From: Ptychomitrium polyphyllum
Lineage: Eukaryota
Reading direction: 5' to 3'
NCBI GenBank assembly: GCA_973851085.1
Contig: OZ316775.1
Coordinates: 22,878,001-22,942,000, forward strand
Length of the DNA: 64,000 bases
Shown in pieces: positions 37,201-52,028 of the stretch. A program made the position numbers and the translations under genes. Below the pieces are notes generated by a model. It saw only the letters and a program-made list of their open reading frames with translations. It searched no databases and had not been told where the DNA came from. Every line of letters starts with the position of its first letter. Positions within the stretch are counted from its first letter, which is position 1.

Positions 37201-38820
37201 TTTAAATTTTTTTAAATTTAAAATCAATTTTTCAAATTTTTTTTTTGATTATTCCTATACATTATAATTTTTAATTCATTGATCATGTGGTATTGTTAAT
37301 GTTTACGTATACAAGCTCCATTGCAAGTGTTTCTTATTTTGAAATTAGATGCCATAGAAATTTATATATATTAAAATAGAAAGGCAATCAAGTCCATTAT
37401 TCCAACTTCATTTGGCTTTCAATAAAATTCTCAAACTCAAAAACTTTTATTACAACATCATATAAGCACTATTTTTGAAAAATATCAAAGAAAAAAAATG
37501 AATTGGTTTTTACAAAAAAAGAAGAAATTTTCAATAGTAAAAAATACATTTGATTGTAATAATGAAATGATGGAGGTTGGCTTGCTAGTAAATGTTGTGG
37601 ATGTTGTGGATTCTTCACTTGTGGACCACAATTGACAAATTTCTATAAGATTGACATAAAATGCTTGTGAGAGTTTGTAGTGAATTACTTGCAAATTTCT
37701 TTTTGGTATCAAGTAATATAAAAACATACTTAATTTATAGATCTTAAAACACTAAATGGAAATAATTATGAAAGCATTTTCAACATTCTTTGAACACTTT
37801 TGAAGACTCTTTTACAAAGGTGAAATATTATTTATAAAGGTGTAATTTTTTGTTATGCAATATATTCAACTAAAAAATGAAGGAACAAATGTATCAAGTA
37901 ATGAATCTAAAGAGTAATAATATACATGTATAGTTCTTGTCAAGCATTATGGTGTTGACCTACATAGACAATTGACAAATCTTAGTAGTATATGTTGAAT
38001 AATAGTCAGCTAATAGTTGAATAATTATTGCACCTACCAAGTTGTTGTGCAACCTAATAAAATGAGTGTATACATGTGAAATAGGTGTATATGACTAGGC
38101 TAATTGTTAATGTATTTGCACCAAAAAATCCATGTCATTGGAATATGGACTTACATTATAAAAGCTCAAGGCAAGGCTCATTTCAAGTAATTAATTTTCT
38201 TAAATTTTGGAGGACTAGATGATAAATCATGTGGATTTTGCATCATTAAACTTCTATTTTGTAGCAAAATATCCTTCATATTTTTTGTATGGTATTAAAG
38301 CTTTGCACTTCAAACTTGTTATTTACAAATTGAGTGAGTTGTGCATTTATTATATAAAACATGATTCTTTTATTTCTATGAAATATTTTTGATATTGTAT
38401 GCGTCAGCTTTAGAAGAATTGATCATTTAATGGATCTAAAATTGGAGCCACTAATTTTTATTACTAACTTCCAAAGAAGCAATATTAAAAAAAAATTGAA
38501 AAAGAATAACAAGAAATCATGTAATATCTTTTAAAATAAAAAATAGCACTTACAGATACAAATAAATTATGTTTTAATATTCACAATCTCAACTAGTAGA
38601 AGATATGATTAAATACAAGTTGGAATTGAAAAACTATTTATTAGGAATTTTAGTTTAAAATTAGGTAATATGCACTATTAAGAATTTGAAAAACTCCATG
38701 CATTGAAAATAGGTTGTGTGCATATGAGAATAATCAATTCAATTTCTTATTTTTCTATTTCTTTCATTTTTTGTAATCTTTTATCTTTATCTTCTATTTT
38801 AGGTAGTTCCATTTGGAATC

Positions 38821-39650
38821 ATGGCAATGGAATATAAAATGATAGATAAATTTGACAAAGATAATTAATAATTATGGAAAAAAAGGATCAAATCTGTTAT
38901 CATTGACAAGAATTTATAGAAAGTAATTTTTAGAAAATACAATAAATCTACAAGGTCACTTGTAGATTTAGTAGAATTCAAAAATAGGAAGACATTATCT
39001 AAAAGGCTTTATGCAATTCTTATTTACATGTCAAAGATAGAGAACTTGCATTTGTTAACAAAATAAAAAATTTATTGGTTACATAAAAAAATTTGGAAGC
39101 AACTTGTGAAATACAAAAAACTTCAAAGCTATTAGGATTTAGTTTGCTAGTTTTGGAGTGCACAAATGAGCAAAGATAACAATATTGTGAGATATATATT
39201 GTCAAATTTATAAAAAATGGTAGAACAATTATCTTTCATTGATGAGAAGATTTTAGATACCTATTTAATCATGGCATCGTTGGATAATCTCTTAGAATAA
39301 CAACACTAGAAATGTAGATCCAATACAAATTGACATTACAAATGGATACTACTCAACTTTTATATGAAGAGTTCTATTGTAAAAATGAAAAATTTACATT
39401 GGCAACAAGTAAATTAAAGTCATATTCTCCTTATAATTCATGATATTCAAATGGATCTAAGAAGAATGCCGAAGTATAAATGTTATGGCAAAAAAAGTCA
39501 ACTTGAATAAGCCTGCTGGACAAACGAGAAGGACAAGAAGTTTGGAAGTTTGAAAAATAATTTTTTAAAAGCAACAAGTTAATACACCAGATAAGAAAGA
39601 TCTATAAAAGGACAAATCCATTTATTGGTGACAATGAGTAATAACAACAT
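38821..39650 (+). mobile_element. Degenerate Ty1/Copia gag fragment
   Basis: 'MAMEYKMIDKFDKDN**LWKKRIKSVIIDKNL*' matches the Copia gag N-terminal IEKFDGxNFxxWKxxMxxxL..xxLW pattern; heavily mutated towards A/T. Confidence 0.6.
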
Positions 39651-39779
39651 GAGCACAAGACCGGACATTGTGAATGGTTTTCATCTTTCAAAGAGTTATC
39701 TATTGGTTTTCTTTGTCTCCTTGAAGAGGGCCCACCTACAATACAAATATGACAAGTTTATAGGCCATGACAAACTGCA

Positions 39780-41950
39780 CATTCTGGGATTATGATCTGG
39801 TCATGGAGACATGGAGTATGAAATATCCACCTTCTAACTGTAAATGTACAGTAGTGGTTTGATACTGATATAATCCACATACCAGTAACTACAGTACAGT
39901 AGAATTTTCATCCCAGCCCTGCTTTACATGCTTATGTTTACCCTATCTCCTCACATTCCAACTCACCATCAGGTCAATTGGTAATAAGCAATCTCTTGGA
40001 CCCATGTGTTCTTGAACTGAAAGATGTAGTCATGTTTGGATTTCTAGCAGTCTAGTATGGTATTGAGCAAGAAACAGGCAACAAACACACTCCAGCCTCT
40101 TTTGCAATGCCAACATGAATGAAGAGCTTGCCACTTTATTTGACCACTCCTCTTCTTGAGGGGAGAATTATCCATGATTCATGCATTCGGTTTGCAATTG
40201 ACTTAAGGTTGATAAGGACCTGTGGGGCCTCATTCTAGAACCAGGCAGGCACACTGACAAAATGTAAGCTCTGAGGTCAAGACCGCTCTGAAACAGGATC
40301 AAGTTCCAAGAAGGCCTCAGCATGAGATATGGGATGAAGCGTGGGGATGAACTCTGTGGATGAACTCTGGGGATGAAGTCTAAGGGTGGATACTTCAAAG
40401 ATGAGCATAAGTTCCATAGTATAAATGCAATTTTCTACTATGTGTAGGCCAATCATACTATTTCATCCTTGAAGTATTCACATCAAATTACAACCTTTGA
40501 AATATAAAATGAATTGGTGAAATTGACTATAGTTCAATAATGAACATGATTCAATAAGGCTATACTATTCAATGAAGAAGAAGAAGAATTTTGCAATGGT
40601 TTGGAATCTATTGTTTTGTGATGTTTGATATTCAAATGAATTTACATAAATGGGAACTAATTTCATGGAAGGTTTATAATAATTTAATTCATTTGGTCCA
40701 ATGTACTTTAATATGGACTTTTACAAAATCTATCTTTATATATGTAATTTCATTTAAGGAAAATTGAATCCAAAGCATGTGATTGCAGTAGAATGAGGCT
40801 TGTTACAAATTAAATCATTTGATTGCAGTAGAATGAGGCTTGTTACAAATTAAATCCAAAGCTTATTTCTAATCTTGTTGAAATATAAAATCACAAAGAA
40901 TGATGATTGTTACAATCATGTTGTAGCAATTTCTAAGTTATTAAGCATTAGATGTTGCTAGCAAGGCCCTACTAAATGGTACAACAATCACATCTTTTGC
41001 CTTTAGAATTGTTCACTAGCAATGTAAAGCCATTTCATTTGTATGATTATTCAAATGAGTAAAAAAGATTTTGAATTTGAATTAGTTACATAAGACACAT
41101 TCTCATCTAATCAACAATAGAACTCATGCTTGGTCACAATCACTCTACAAATTTAACTTTGCATTTCATTAACTTTGTCAAATTAAATCATTTACAACTT
41201 GCATTGATCTTTCTTTGGTTCTCATTTGGTTCTTAGTTGTATCTCTTTCAATTTTCATTGAATTGGTAGTATAATATAGTGTCTACCTTCCTTTGAAAAG
41301 CACTAATCTTTTATTCTTGGACCATATCTTGTGGACAAAATTCTAGGATAATGCAAGAGTAGATACTTCACTCTCACCAGTCCTTTATAAGAAATCACAG
41401 TTCTTTTTTCTTTTATTGAAGATACTTTGACTAACAAGTATCATTTGTTTGAAAGGCTTGTCACTATTGTGTAATACAGATGGCCTATGTTAGCAAAGTC
41501 AAAGAGCCAAGAAGCTAAGAAGTCAGATTCCTAGTGAATAATTCATATTTGATTCCAGTCACCTTTTCAAGAAGTTGGAATTCACTCAGTTTGAAGGATG
41601 AAATGAAATGGAAGGCAGCCTTGTCAAAAAGTCAACACAATATGAAGTCTGGAAGGGAAATTCAAATTCAAATTATCTGCAATTACTCATCTACATCATG
41701 TGGTGTATGGTGTGACCAATTGTCATTCAAGATCTCCTGCTTGTTTTTCATGAGTCAGTTATTAAATATGTTTAATCATAATCATATCTATTGTCAGGAA
41801 ATACCACTTCCTTAAGTTGAGTACAGCTTCTTCTGCCAAAGGACAATGTCCTTATTATATCAAAACATCATTAAAATATCAATTAAATGATGTTCCAAAG
41901 AACAATCACTGCCCTCATCACTGTTGGTGCAATTGATGCCTTTCATACAT
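39780..41950 (-). mobile_element. Probable LINE relic(s)
   Basis: Minus-strand 'WQALH...KRG...ACFL....KHDYIFQ' near 40010-40135 resembles zf-RVT; 41200-41950 has weak endonuclease-like text. Low certainty. Confidence 0.3.
40781..40857. repeat. 40-bp direct tandem duplication
   Basis: gattgcagtagaatgaggcttgttacaaattaaatc at 40781 and 40821. Confidence 0.92.
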
Positions 41951-43229
41951 TCAGATGCGTGCCTGTAAAGTATGATGTTGTATGGAATTGAATGTAGGAC
42001 GTACTGTAGTATGATTCTGAATCAAGGTTGGATTCTTAATACTAGGCAGTCCACAAGGTTTGTCAGTTACATGTTGGTTTGTTTGGGTGAGAATTGTTGA
42101 AGGTATGTGCTAACATCATCTACTACATAATTTCAACTCCTTAATAATATAAAATAGTTCTCACCCTTTATATGTTGTGGTCAAGATTACACACACTACG
42201 TTTATCACTCCATAACTCTATATCAACTCCATTATTATTTCTTATGTCATATAACTTAAGGTTGGTAAGGGATTCAAAAGTGCTTTTACTTTTGGATGCA
42301 AATTCCTTAAATACTATAATTTACAAAGAATTTTAGCACCATTTCTGTTATTTAATTACATTTTTAATCAAAGGTCAATCAAACTTATCCAAAAATTATT
42401 GCTAAATGGACTTTAGTGTCACCATGTACCATTAATTAAGGCATTGCTAGCATTTTCAAAGCCCTCTATTCATCCAATTTCAGTGAATGATAGGTGTATT
42501 ACTTATTCACAAAAGTCATAATGGTCATTCATTGCAATCAATGAATTCATTGATTTCACATAATGGTCATCCACTGCATAATATTCTATAGTTGTAGTAA
42601 GTTTATTGCTTCTTTGACAAATAATATAATCTCGCCTTTGAATAAATGTTTTCAAATAAATATTCTTCAAATTTCATTCTTTCATTTTCATTTGTCTTTA
42701 CTAATTAATTTCCAAAAATATCATCATTCATTTTTTAAATTGTTTAATAACAAACTTAATATGTGCTTATTGTGCTAGATTGGCTTTTCATTATAATCTA
42801 TGTTAGTCATGTAATTCCTTATGTATTAACCATTTATTATGAATAATTCAACAAATATTAAACTTAATTTCTAGATGTAAGCTGTCCTAGCACCAATTTC
42901 CAAAACATAATGAAATGAACATTGTTTTTGGACTCCAAGATATAATTTTAGCTCCCTCGGATTTGAGTGAAACTTCTTAATTCATTTTTTTTTATAATAA
43001 AGAATTTAGAAAAAAATAATAAGGTTATCTTCATTCACATTTATATGCTACTTACAATTGAGTTGTTGATCTATAATATTAAAAATAGGCTGAAAAGATG
43101 CTATTATAAAAGAAATTATTTTAATCAATATAAACATCTTATTTAAGATGTTGTGATAATAACAAATAAAATACATCACAATACTTAAATTAAGTTTTCT
43201 TTCACATGATAAAAATATAATTTAAAAAT

Positions 43230-43900
43230 GCAAGTGGGCAAAGAAACCTAAGGCTTTTCTAAATGGAAATACCACTAAGCAAACTTTGACACAATCTTCT
43301 TCTCTTAAACTATAATTACAAAACTTGACTTGGCAAAAAGTGCAAAGAACTTCCTTCACTAAGCATCTCTTCCAATTTGTCACGGACATAAATCTTGCAC
43401 CATATTCCTTAGAATCTTCTAGAACCTTCTTGTACATTCAAGTAGCTTCTTAGAATACTTTCAATGCTTCCATAGTCATTCCATCTCTTTGGATAACTTC
43501 TTAAGAAGTCCTCTTTCTTTTTTGCTTCCTCCGTCATATATCTTTCAATTATGCTCCGTGCCGCCAAATCTTCGGCCTCAACAAGTAGAAAAAGTAGGTT
43601 GAAGGTTCCACCTCTTTGAAAAACTTCTTAGGAAAGTTCTATAGACTTCTAGAATATTCTTAAACTACATAAGAAATCTTTTTAGAAGTATCTTAAGAAA
43701 TACAACCATCATAATATAAATAGGAAGCAAGACAAAGTATACCTTAGTCTTGCCAATACCAGTAGAGAATCATATTATATTGTGCCTTGGTTCAAGTCTT
43801 TGTATAAATTCTTGTTAATCATTATATTTTTGGAAGCTAATGCTTGGAAACCACTTTGTGTGTGTTTTTTGTGTCTTGTGTTTTTAATACAATCCTTAAC
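43230..43900 (+). mobile_element. Solo or partial LTR related to the inverted LTR at 54230-55500
   Basis: e.g. 'aagctaatgcttggaaaccactttgtgtgtg' (~43833) is the reverse complement of 'cacatacaaagtggttttcaaacattagctt' (~54258); TATA-like 'aatataaata' at ~43713. Ends approximate. Confidence 0.6.
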
Positions 43901-46048
43901 TGGCATTATAAACCAAAGTAATCTATAATTTATTCCAAAAGAATGATTTTAAAAAAAAAACTAAACCGAATTACTTCCATTTGATGTATCTTAATGTTAG
44001 AGCATTTAATAATTGATTCCTTTTCAAACATATTGTTATAACAATAATTATTTCAATTATAATTATCATTGTTTTTGAAGAATATTCTTTAAAAAACTTC
44101 AATTTGTTGGTTTGATTTTGAAGAATTAAAAAAAATCGTATTCATAAAATATTGAATTTGGTAGTTTGCACAATAAATATTAACCACTTTTAGCAATCAT
44201 ATAAGTAAATATAAAATCATTTTAGTCCAACATCTTTTTGTTCATTGTAATATTTGTACACATTTCATTTTCTGTTTATAAAAAGTAAATATTTGTAAAA
44301 TAATAACTTTTTCAAATACTAATGCTATTTATTTTTGAAATAAATCCAAAAATAAGTAAAATCTTTAAAATTGCACCAAGACAATATTGAACAAAAGAAA
44401 CAACATCCATAAAATTAAGTTCTAAAATTCTATTTAGTTTTTTGTATTGCTATAGATACTTTAACATGTTTAGAATAATCTAACATTTAGAAAAAAATAT
44501 TTTCCAAAAAAATCAAAGGATCCAAATTTGTTTAGTTTCTATAACTAATTAATGACACTTGCTTTGTTCATCTAAGTAAGAAGTAAGAGTTTCTTGAACA
44601 CTTATAACATTTTAATGTTTCATGAAATTACACCTAAATAGGATTGATTCTGTTTTCTTCTTTTTAACTTGTAATTTGTTGTTTTTAAAATTTTTATTTT
44701 AAAATAAGATAATGATTTTTTTGGTACTTATAATTTGGGATTTAAAAAAATAAAAAATAGGGATTATTTTGTCAATCAATTAGGTCTAAATTTGGAATTT
44801 TCATTTAACCAATATTTCATAAATGCATATACATTCATATAAATAAAACTGCAGGAATTAGTTTATTTTCCATCTAAAAGTTCATTCTAATTTTTGACTC
44901 GTATGCTATTATTTTTGGAAATTCATGAAATCCAAAGGTTTGGGGAATTTTTGCATCATACATGGTTTTTAATTAAGAGAAGGGGGAAAAAAGGGAGGAA
45001 ATAATAGGAAGAACAGGTTCTACAGAGTTTTGTGTTTTAGACCGAAGATGGTCTACGCTTACACAAGCATGCTGACAAAGGGCGTGTTTGCGCTATTTTG
45101 CATGATAGGGTATTTTATGCTTGAGATCGAACACCCGATTGAGTCTGGTAAGGAGACTGGTAAGGATTGGTCCATTGTGATGGTGATCTGACTTCAGAAA
45201 GGTTTTTGCAGACCTATTTATTCACCTCAGTGAGAGCTAGATGCTGGATGTATCAACGAAACGTAGTGTTCAAGCTTTTCCTTTCAACTTTGAGATCATA
45301 TTAGTTTTGTTTCAATAAGAACTAAAATCAAATATCAATCAATTCGTGTCACGGTGAATTCTGTCCAGAAATTTAATGTTACAAGAAACTCGTAACAATG
45401 CCCAATACTATGATCCTCGTCAGTGAAAGGGTGGTCCAAGTGTTGAAACAATCAAAGATGTTGCGGATCAGCAACACCCTCAAACAGCAAACACAAAGGA
45501 CGTGATGTGACAAGTCAACACCAAAACAACAGCTGCCGGAAACGACGGATTTGTACAGGGGGGGATCGGGAAGAGCGAGGGTGGACAGAGAGGGGAGTAA
45601 GGGTGGCATGGAAACAGAGAACGACAAAGGAGGTTGCTCGGAGTCTAGTAAAAGGAGGGGCTGCAGCAACGAGTGGTGACAGTCATCTGCAGGGAGATGG
45701 AGAGTCGGAGCAGAGCAGAGCAGAGCAGAGCGAGGCGAGAGTAGAGTGGTAGCGGCGACCAACAAGGAAAAGTGCAGGTGAGGTATCGGCGGGGAGGTCG
45801 GGGGCGCGAGGGGGTGCGGAGGGCCAGAGGTATAGGAACCAGAGCTCCGGTTCGGCCTCAAATCCCCCACCCACCGTGTCCATTCGGACACAGCCATCCT
45901 TCGGACTCTTCGGCCATCCATTTCGTTACCACGACCCCTTCCGCAGTCAGGGCTTTCTAGCTTTTGTATCTCGAAACCTGGTCGAGGCTGGTAGATAGAT
46001 CCTCCTATGCCACGTAAATAATCTGAAAGGGGAACATACGCGACATTA

Positions 46049-46097
46049 CCCTAAACTGAACCCTGAACACTGAACACTGAACCCTGAACACTGAACT
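46049..46097. repeat. Telomere-like heptamer array (CCCTAAA/CCCTGAA/CACTGAA)
   Basis: ccctaaactgaaccctgaacactgaacactgaaccctgaacactgaac; the first unit is the canonical plant telomere repeat. Confidence 0.75.
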
Positions 46098-47949
46098 GTG
46101 ACCAATGGCGAGGGGAGGTGTAGGTGTAGGTGCGTATCCAGCACTGCTGTGAAGGTGCAGCTGAGTATGAGAGATGGAATGCTTTGAGATACCGTGCACG
46201 TAACGTGGTTCCAGACCTAAAACCTGGTTGCATAAGTACTGTACGGCTGTGGTGAAATACAATATCATTATTTACAACAGTGTCCTACATCTGCTCCTCC
46301 CTCTGCTGCTCTTTACCATTAGCTAATATGCATAAGTATAGCTACAATCTTTTTGTTCCTAATATTAAATATACGTAACTATAGCTGCAATCTTTTTTAT
46401 TCCAATATTAAATAAGCATATTGACAAAAAGAACTAAATATGTCCATAGCTAATACATTTACCAATGGTTTTTTCAATTGTTTCATTAATAGGAACAAAA
46501 AAAAATAGTGTTTCTATTGTTGTCATAATATATTTGTTTTTTCTAGTAAGTACAAAATATCTCTTTGTAATAGGTTGTAATTCTTTTGTCTTGGCTTATA
46601 CTTTTTTTTCCAATTCAAATGCTTATTTCAACTAAATGCTTCAATTTTAGCCTATTAGACTTCCATCAATTCAATGTTCAATAAATTTTATCATAATAAG
46701 CATTAGATTTGTAAACTTTATATTTTAATACCAAAATTCATTAAAAGCATAAATTCTAAGTTTAATATCCAAAGCTTTTTTCAATTATGCATAATAAACC
46801 AAATTATATAACCTAAAATTTTACCAATTTAACATTCAAGGTAGATGTTAATTTTTTTTGCTTGTGGTGCATTTCAACACCTTTTTAATATACTCCAACA
46901 TCTTAGACTATTAGAAGACACCTTCACACTTTTAAATTTACTCTAAAAGCTTTATCAATGTAAATTCCTTTATTATGACCTATCACTATAATACGAAAAT
47001 AAAAGAATTAATGCTCCACCTTTTTTTACCTTAAATCCTTAATTCTTTTTAATCTTCCAACTGATGAGAAGTTTCCACTATTCAGTTTAATAAAACCATC
47101 ATAATGTGGCTTAATTAGATTTTTCATCATTTAGCCATTTGGAAAGTTAACACATTGTGAATTGTATAGTGGATTGTATGTAAATTATTCACTTATACCC
47201 ACTTAATCCATTCATTAAATCTTTTCCATCAATACAATATAACAAAAAATGGAAAAACATCATATTGCTCTTAATTTAATTATACAATTAAAACCACAAA
47301 GTAAACATACAATTGCCTATAAATTAAATACTAAGCCGTCTACATTACAACAATGTACAAAGTGCCACACATTAAGGTTATTAAGTTTAAAAATGCCATT
47401 AAATGTTGTTATAAGGTCTATGTCAAGGAAGTTGCTTCAATCTAGAGACTTTGTATTTAAATTAGAGTGGCATGAAGATCTAAAAAATTCTACCACCACA
47501 TGTAATTCAATAAGACCAAGTGATTTTTTCATTTATTTTTATTTTAAGACCAAAATAAAATCTCCAAGGAATTCCTTACTAGCCTCTTTTATAATCTTAA
47601 AGTGCATTATAATAGGAATATTTTGATTTTAATGCTTAATAATTAATATCATACATGACAAAATTGCAAAAAATATCAAGCTTTACAAAATGGATTCATT
47701 TTGCAAGAAAATCATATTATTTTGATAATCATAAAGACCCATAAGAACTTATTATTATACAAATGAAAATTTATGGTAACTAAAAAATTCAAAATCAATT
47801 ATCCCTAGTAATAGGTGCAACCAAAATTTTATAATATATTGCATGATTTTACATTCCATTGCCTATAAAAGTAAGCAATTTTTTTTAAAAAAAACTCACA
47901 ATCATTTATGGTAATGGATGTTACTTCTATCCAAACCTTAGTATTAGTT

Positions 47950-48850
47950 TTGAAAGTAAAATGGGAAACAATTTTGCTGAGCATTCAACTCTCATGTTGA
48001 TGACTTACTATCTGCTCATTCAGCTACTTTCTGCAAATTCTACACTCTCCAGCTTCTATAAGAAAATTACATCAAAATATAAACAATATCACCTTTACAA
48101 TATTGGTTCAGTAAAATGACACATGTTTCGAAGCAGAGAACAAATAACCCAGTTTATAATTGGTCAGGTAAAACCAATGGGTAGGAAATTGATTTAAATC
48201 CACAACCTCTACAATATCACATAGACAAGCTTGAAGATGTAGATGGAAAAAATAGATGCAGAAGTTTTGAAGTGTTGCAATTTAGGGAAGACATAGAAAG
48301 ATACAAAGTCCAGAAACAGGTTAAAATACAAACATTAAAGCTTGGCACAAATTTAGAAAAAATAGAATGCAATAAACTAGCAGGCTAGAAAGAATCAAAA
48401 AACTAATGAGGCATTGATTTACAATGCTGTTACAGAGCAGAATATCACAGTACGAGCTAAAGTGCCCAAATGATGGTTGAACAGGGAAAACAAATGAATA
48501 CAACAGCAAGAGATTATAACCTAATTGGTAATTGACAGCCATATATGTAGTACCATCTACACCATCAACTGTGCATGCGTTAGATGTTTTGTTGCAACTT
48601 CTTGTGTACTGTAGCTCCTGGCCAGCTGCAATCAAGCTGCAGAATAGTAGAATTTCACACTCAACTTTTTTGCCAGAATAGTAGCAAGTAATTATCTTCC
48701 TGACGTCATGCTCATCTTTTAATTAGTTAGCAAAGTTCTTCCCATTTTATTCAACATAAGTTTAATTCTTTTCATTGGTTTACTGTATTCTATGCTAGCA
48801 GCTTTGGTTCTTGTAGACACACTGATCTACCTTCTCAAGTTACAGTTGTG
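47950..48850 (-). mobile_element. Degenerate L1-type LINE reverse-transcriptase fragment
   Basis: Minus-strand motifs in correct order: 'F*PASLLHSIFSK' (RPISLLN..YK), 'IGFT*PIINWV' (GF....I.WI), 'YCKGD' (RQGD). Confidence 0.55.
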
Positions 48851-51800
48851 TAGAGCAGTTTCTTTGATTGGTTAATTTGGATGTTATTTGTATGGTGTTC
48901 CGAAGTTGCAATGGAACAAAGAAAACTCAACAGCATTCAAAAGAAATAGAGGACTAGGTCACAATAATTAATAAGCTTCATCTCTCTTAAGAAATGGCTT
49001 CATCTCTCTTCATACATCCACCATTATATTCTATTATATATATATAAATGTGTTATCACTTTTACTGCCCCAAAACTAAAACCATCCCCCAAGTATATTC
49101 TTTCCTCTGGCATTTTATTCAATCACCAAAAGCAATCCTTCCAGAATGATTCATGTTGTTATGATCCATGATTATTTTGGCATTCAAAAGAAGAAGGAAA
49201 ATGATATAAAAACAAATTTATAAAATCTAGTTTTATTGCACTCATTTGATATGGTCGGCACTTAATGCCACATCTTGTAAAACCTCATTGATGCTAAAAG
49301 ATATAGATGCAAAGTTCATATTAATTAATTATATATATATATATATATGTAATTAAATTAATTTATGAGACTTTGTATTTATATAATAGAAATACATAAT
49401 AGAATAATGAATTGTAAAAAATAAGATTTAAATTTAGAAAATGAGCAATGAATGTAGAATAACAAGTATCTTAGCATTTTGATGTTATTTCTGAAATCTT
49501 AGGCAACATTAATTATTCTTGAATCTTTAATTAGAAGATTGATCATTAATATTGCTATTGATTTACCTCTAAAATGAGTGAATAAACTACAAGCACCATC
49601 TTTATGATTGAATTGAGAAATGAAGATGAATAAGTCTTGTGAATTGTCAAAATTTAAATAGACTCTATTCTTAAACTAATTAAATTATAATTTAGAGATA
49701 GATTATAACATTGTTGAATTTACAATACATCAATAAAAGTTGTGCATCATAATGAAGGTTCCAATTTTAGGTCCCCATTGTCTTTGCCACCAATAGATGA
49801 CTGCACTTTATTCCAATCAATTCCATAGTCTTTGTTCGTGACCTACTTCTTATAATAAATACATTAATTATAAGAAGCAATTAATTTTTTTTGGTTTTGT
49901 CTTATTTTTTAGAAGAAAAATACATTATAAAATAACACCATTAAAAAAATTAATTCAAGATAGGTTCAATTAAAGAGAATTATAGCTACATGTTTGATTA
50001 GCAATAGTAGTATAAAATACTTGTTGAAAGGAATAATCAAAGGATTAAAATATTGACAAATTTTATGCATTGTTCTTCTTCTACATGTATTTATTTACAT
50101 CTTATAAATAATTCCGACTACTATAGTTTTGCACAAATTTATGACAATAGAAGGCAAAAATAAATTTTGTTATTCAAGTTGGACCTTGTTATGTCCAAGG
50201 GAAGAGACATTCAACTAGGACTACAATCTTTTTGCATAGGAATCTAGCTTAAAGTCAAATATGTTAAGCTTGCTTTTTAATATTGAAGGAATAGAGGTCT
50301 TAGCCAACAAAGACAACAATGTGAGTATAAAGCTTCTTCCTTATTACAATTTAGTATAACTTTGGTTGTTAAAAAGATGTCCATTTTCTCCTAAGTTATT
50401 AATTGGAACTTCTAATGCATAATTGGTGGTAAGGTTTGTTTTTATTGTTCCGTCTTTGAGTTTCAAAATTAGCCATTATTACTGTGACATTCTTATAAGA
50501 AAAATTACCATATAATGAAAGAAAATACCATATGATAGAATATTGGTGCTATTAAAAAATGATTGTGGTAGAGCAAAGCAACAAAAGAAGGAGATACATA
50601 ATGATTGGAATCCTCAAAAAAATAGCAAGAAGCATTGTTTTAAAAAGATTTGAAGTAGAATAAGATAAGCTATAAGTAGCAAACATTCTTATAGAGAATA
50701 ACCAAATTTCATTCAAGGTAGTACAATGGAAAGAATTGCCAATTAAATTTAATAACATTTTGCTTATTGATAGTAGAGGCACACCAAGCCTTTACCTTGT
50801 TTTGGCAAACTTTAACATTGAGCAAGTGGAAATTGTTAGAAGCATAATTCCTTTTCCATGGCTTTGATAAGATAAGACAAAGCTATAACGCTCATTTATG
50901 TTGACAATTTAAACAAAACAAAAAAAAAATTGTTGGAAAAGAAAAATTAATGAATCAATTATATTATATCAATTATAATATTTCATTTAACCACATCCAA
51001 AACATGTCTTCAATAGCAAATGCCTATTCTTGGATTTTTTGGATTCCTGAATGTTATGTAAATTTTGACAAAAGTATTGCAAGTCATTGCATACATATTA
51101 ATATCATTTAAGGATTTTGTTTTTTTTCCATCTTTTATAAGGTTCTATAGATTTATGAGGACCCTTATAAGTGAGGCCTATTGTATATGATGAAAATCCA
51201 ATGACTAGTTTTAACACATTCCATATAAAACTTTTAAAAGAAATTGTAGAATAAATTCATGACAAGACTATTTTATTAAAGATGGAGAAAATGCTCTGTT
51301 AATTTATACATGCCTTTTTGCATGTGATATGTGAGGTACTCAGCAAATAAGGAATTAAAAGACAATATGAAGATAGAAGCATCATGCATATAAAAGTCCA
51401 TGTTGCAGCAAACATTATAATTGATTCCGAAGCTTTAGTCTCCAACAAAGACCTCATAATTACGTAAATCCACTATCTTCCATATTTGTGAATAGCTTCT
51501 TTTTTCATTTTTAATTTACTTACTACTAATATTACTCATTTTGGCTAAAGCCTTAGTTTCTAAGGAATTTTCAAAAGTATTTTTGAAAATCGTAGCAAAT
51601 TTACTACGCCCTGTTTTTATCAAAGCCGGTTCCTATAGAGTCCATTTTTTATGTGATTTTTTAATGAATAATGTTATGTTATAAGATTTTAATGAAAACA
51701 TTATGGTTCTACAATTTAAATTTTTTAACTATTTGGTTTAATGTGCAAAATGTGAATTTCATTAATAATGGTTATGTATTCAATAATAAATCAAGGTTAT

Positions 51801-52028
51801 GTGTTCAATAGGTATTGGATTCCAATTCAAAGCCTAAAAAATTGCCATAGAAATTATGGCAATATAAAAAAACTATACAATAGTTGGTAATGATCAAAGT
51901 AAATATCTGCTAGCGGTCCATTGAAAGAGAAGGGCATAGCCTCTGTTTGAGCTTTTGACACCTCAATTTATAAAATATTTTTTTCTTAAAATTTTATTTT
52001 AAAAGGAAGTATTTCTATTAGGGCTACA

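Noticed and set aside
46049..46097. Telomerase RNA template region
   Set aside because: No full 1.5-repeat template (CTAAACCCT) and no USE/TATA snRNA-type promoter recognised.
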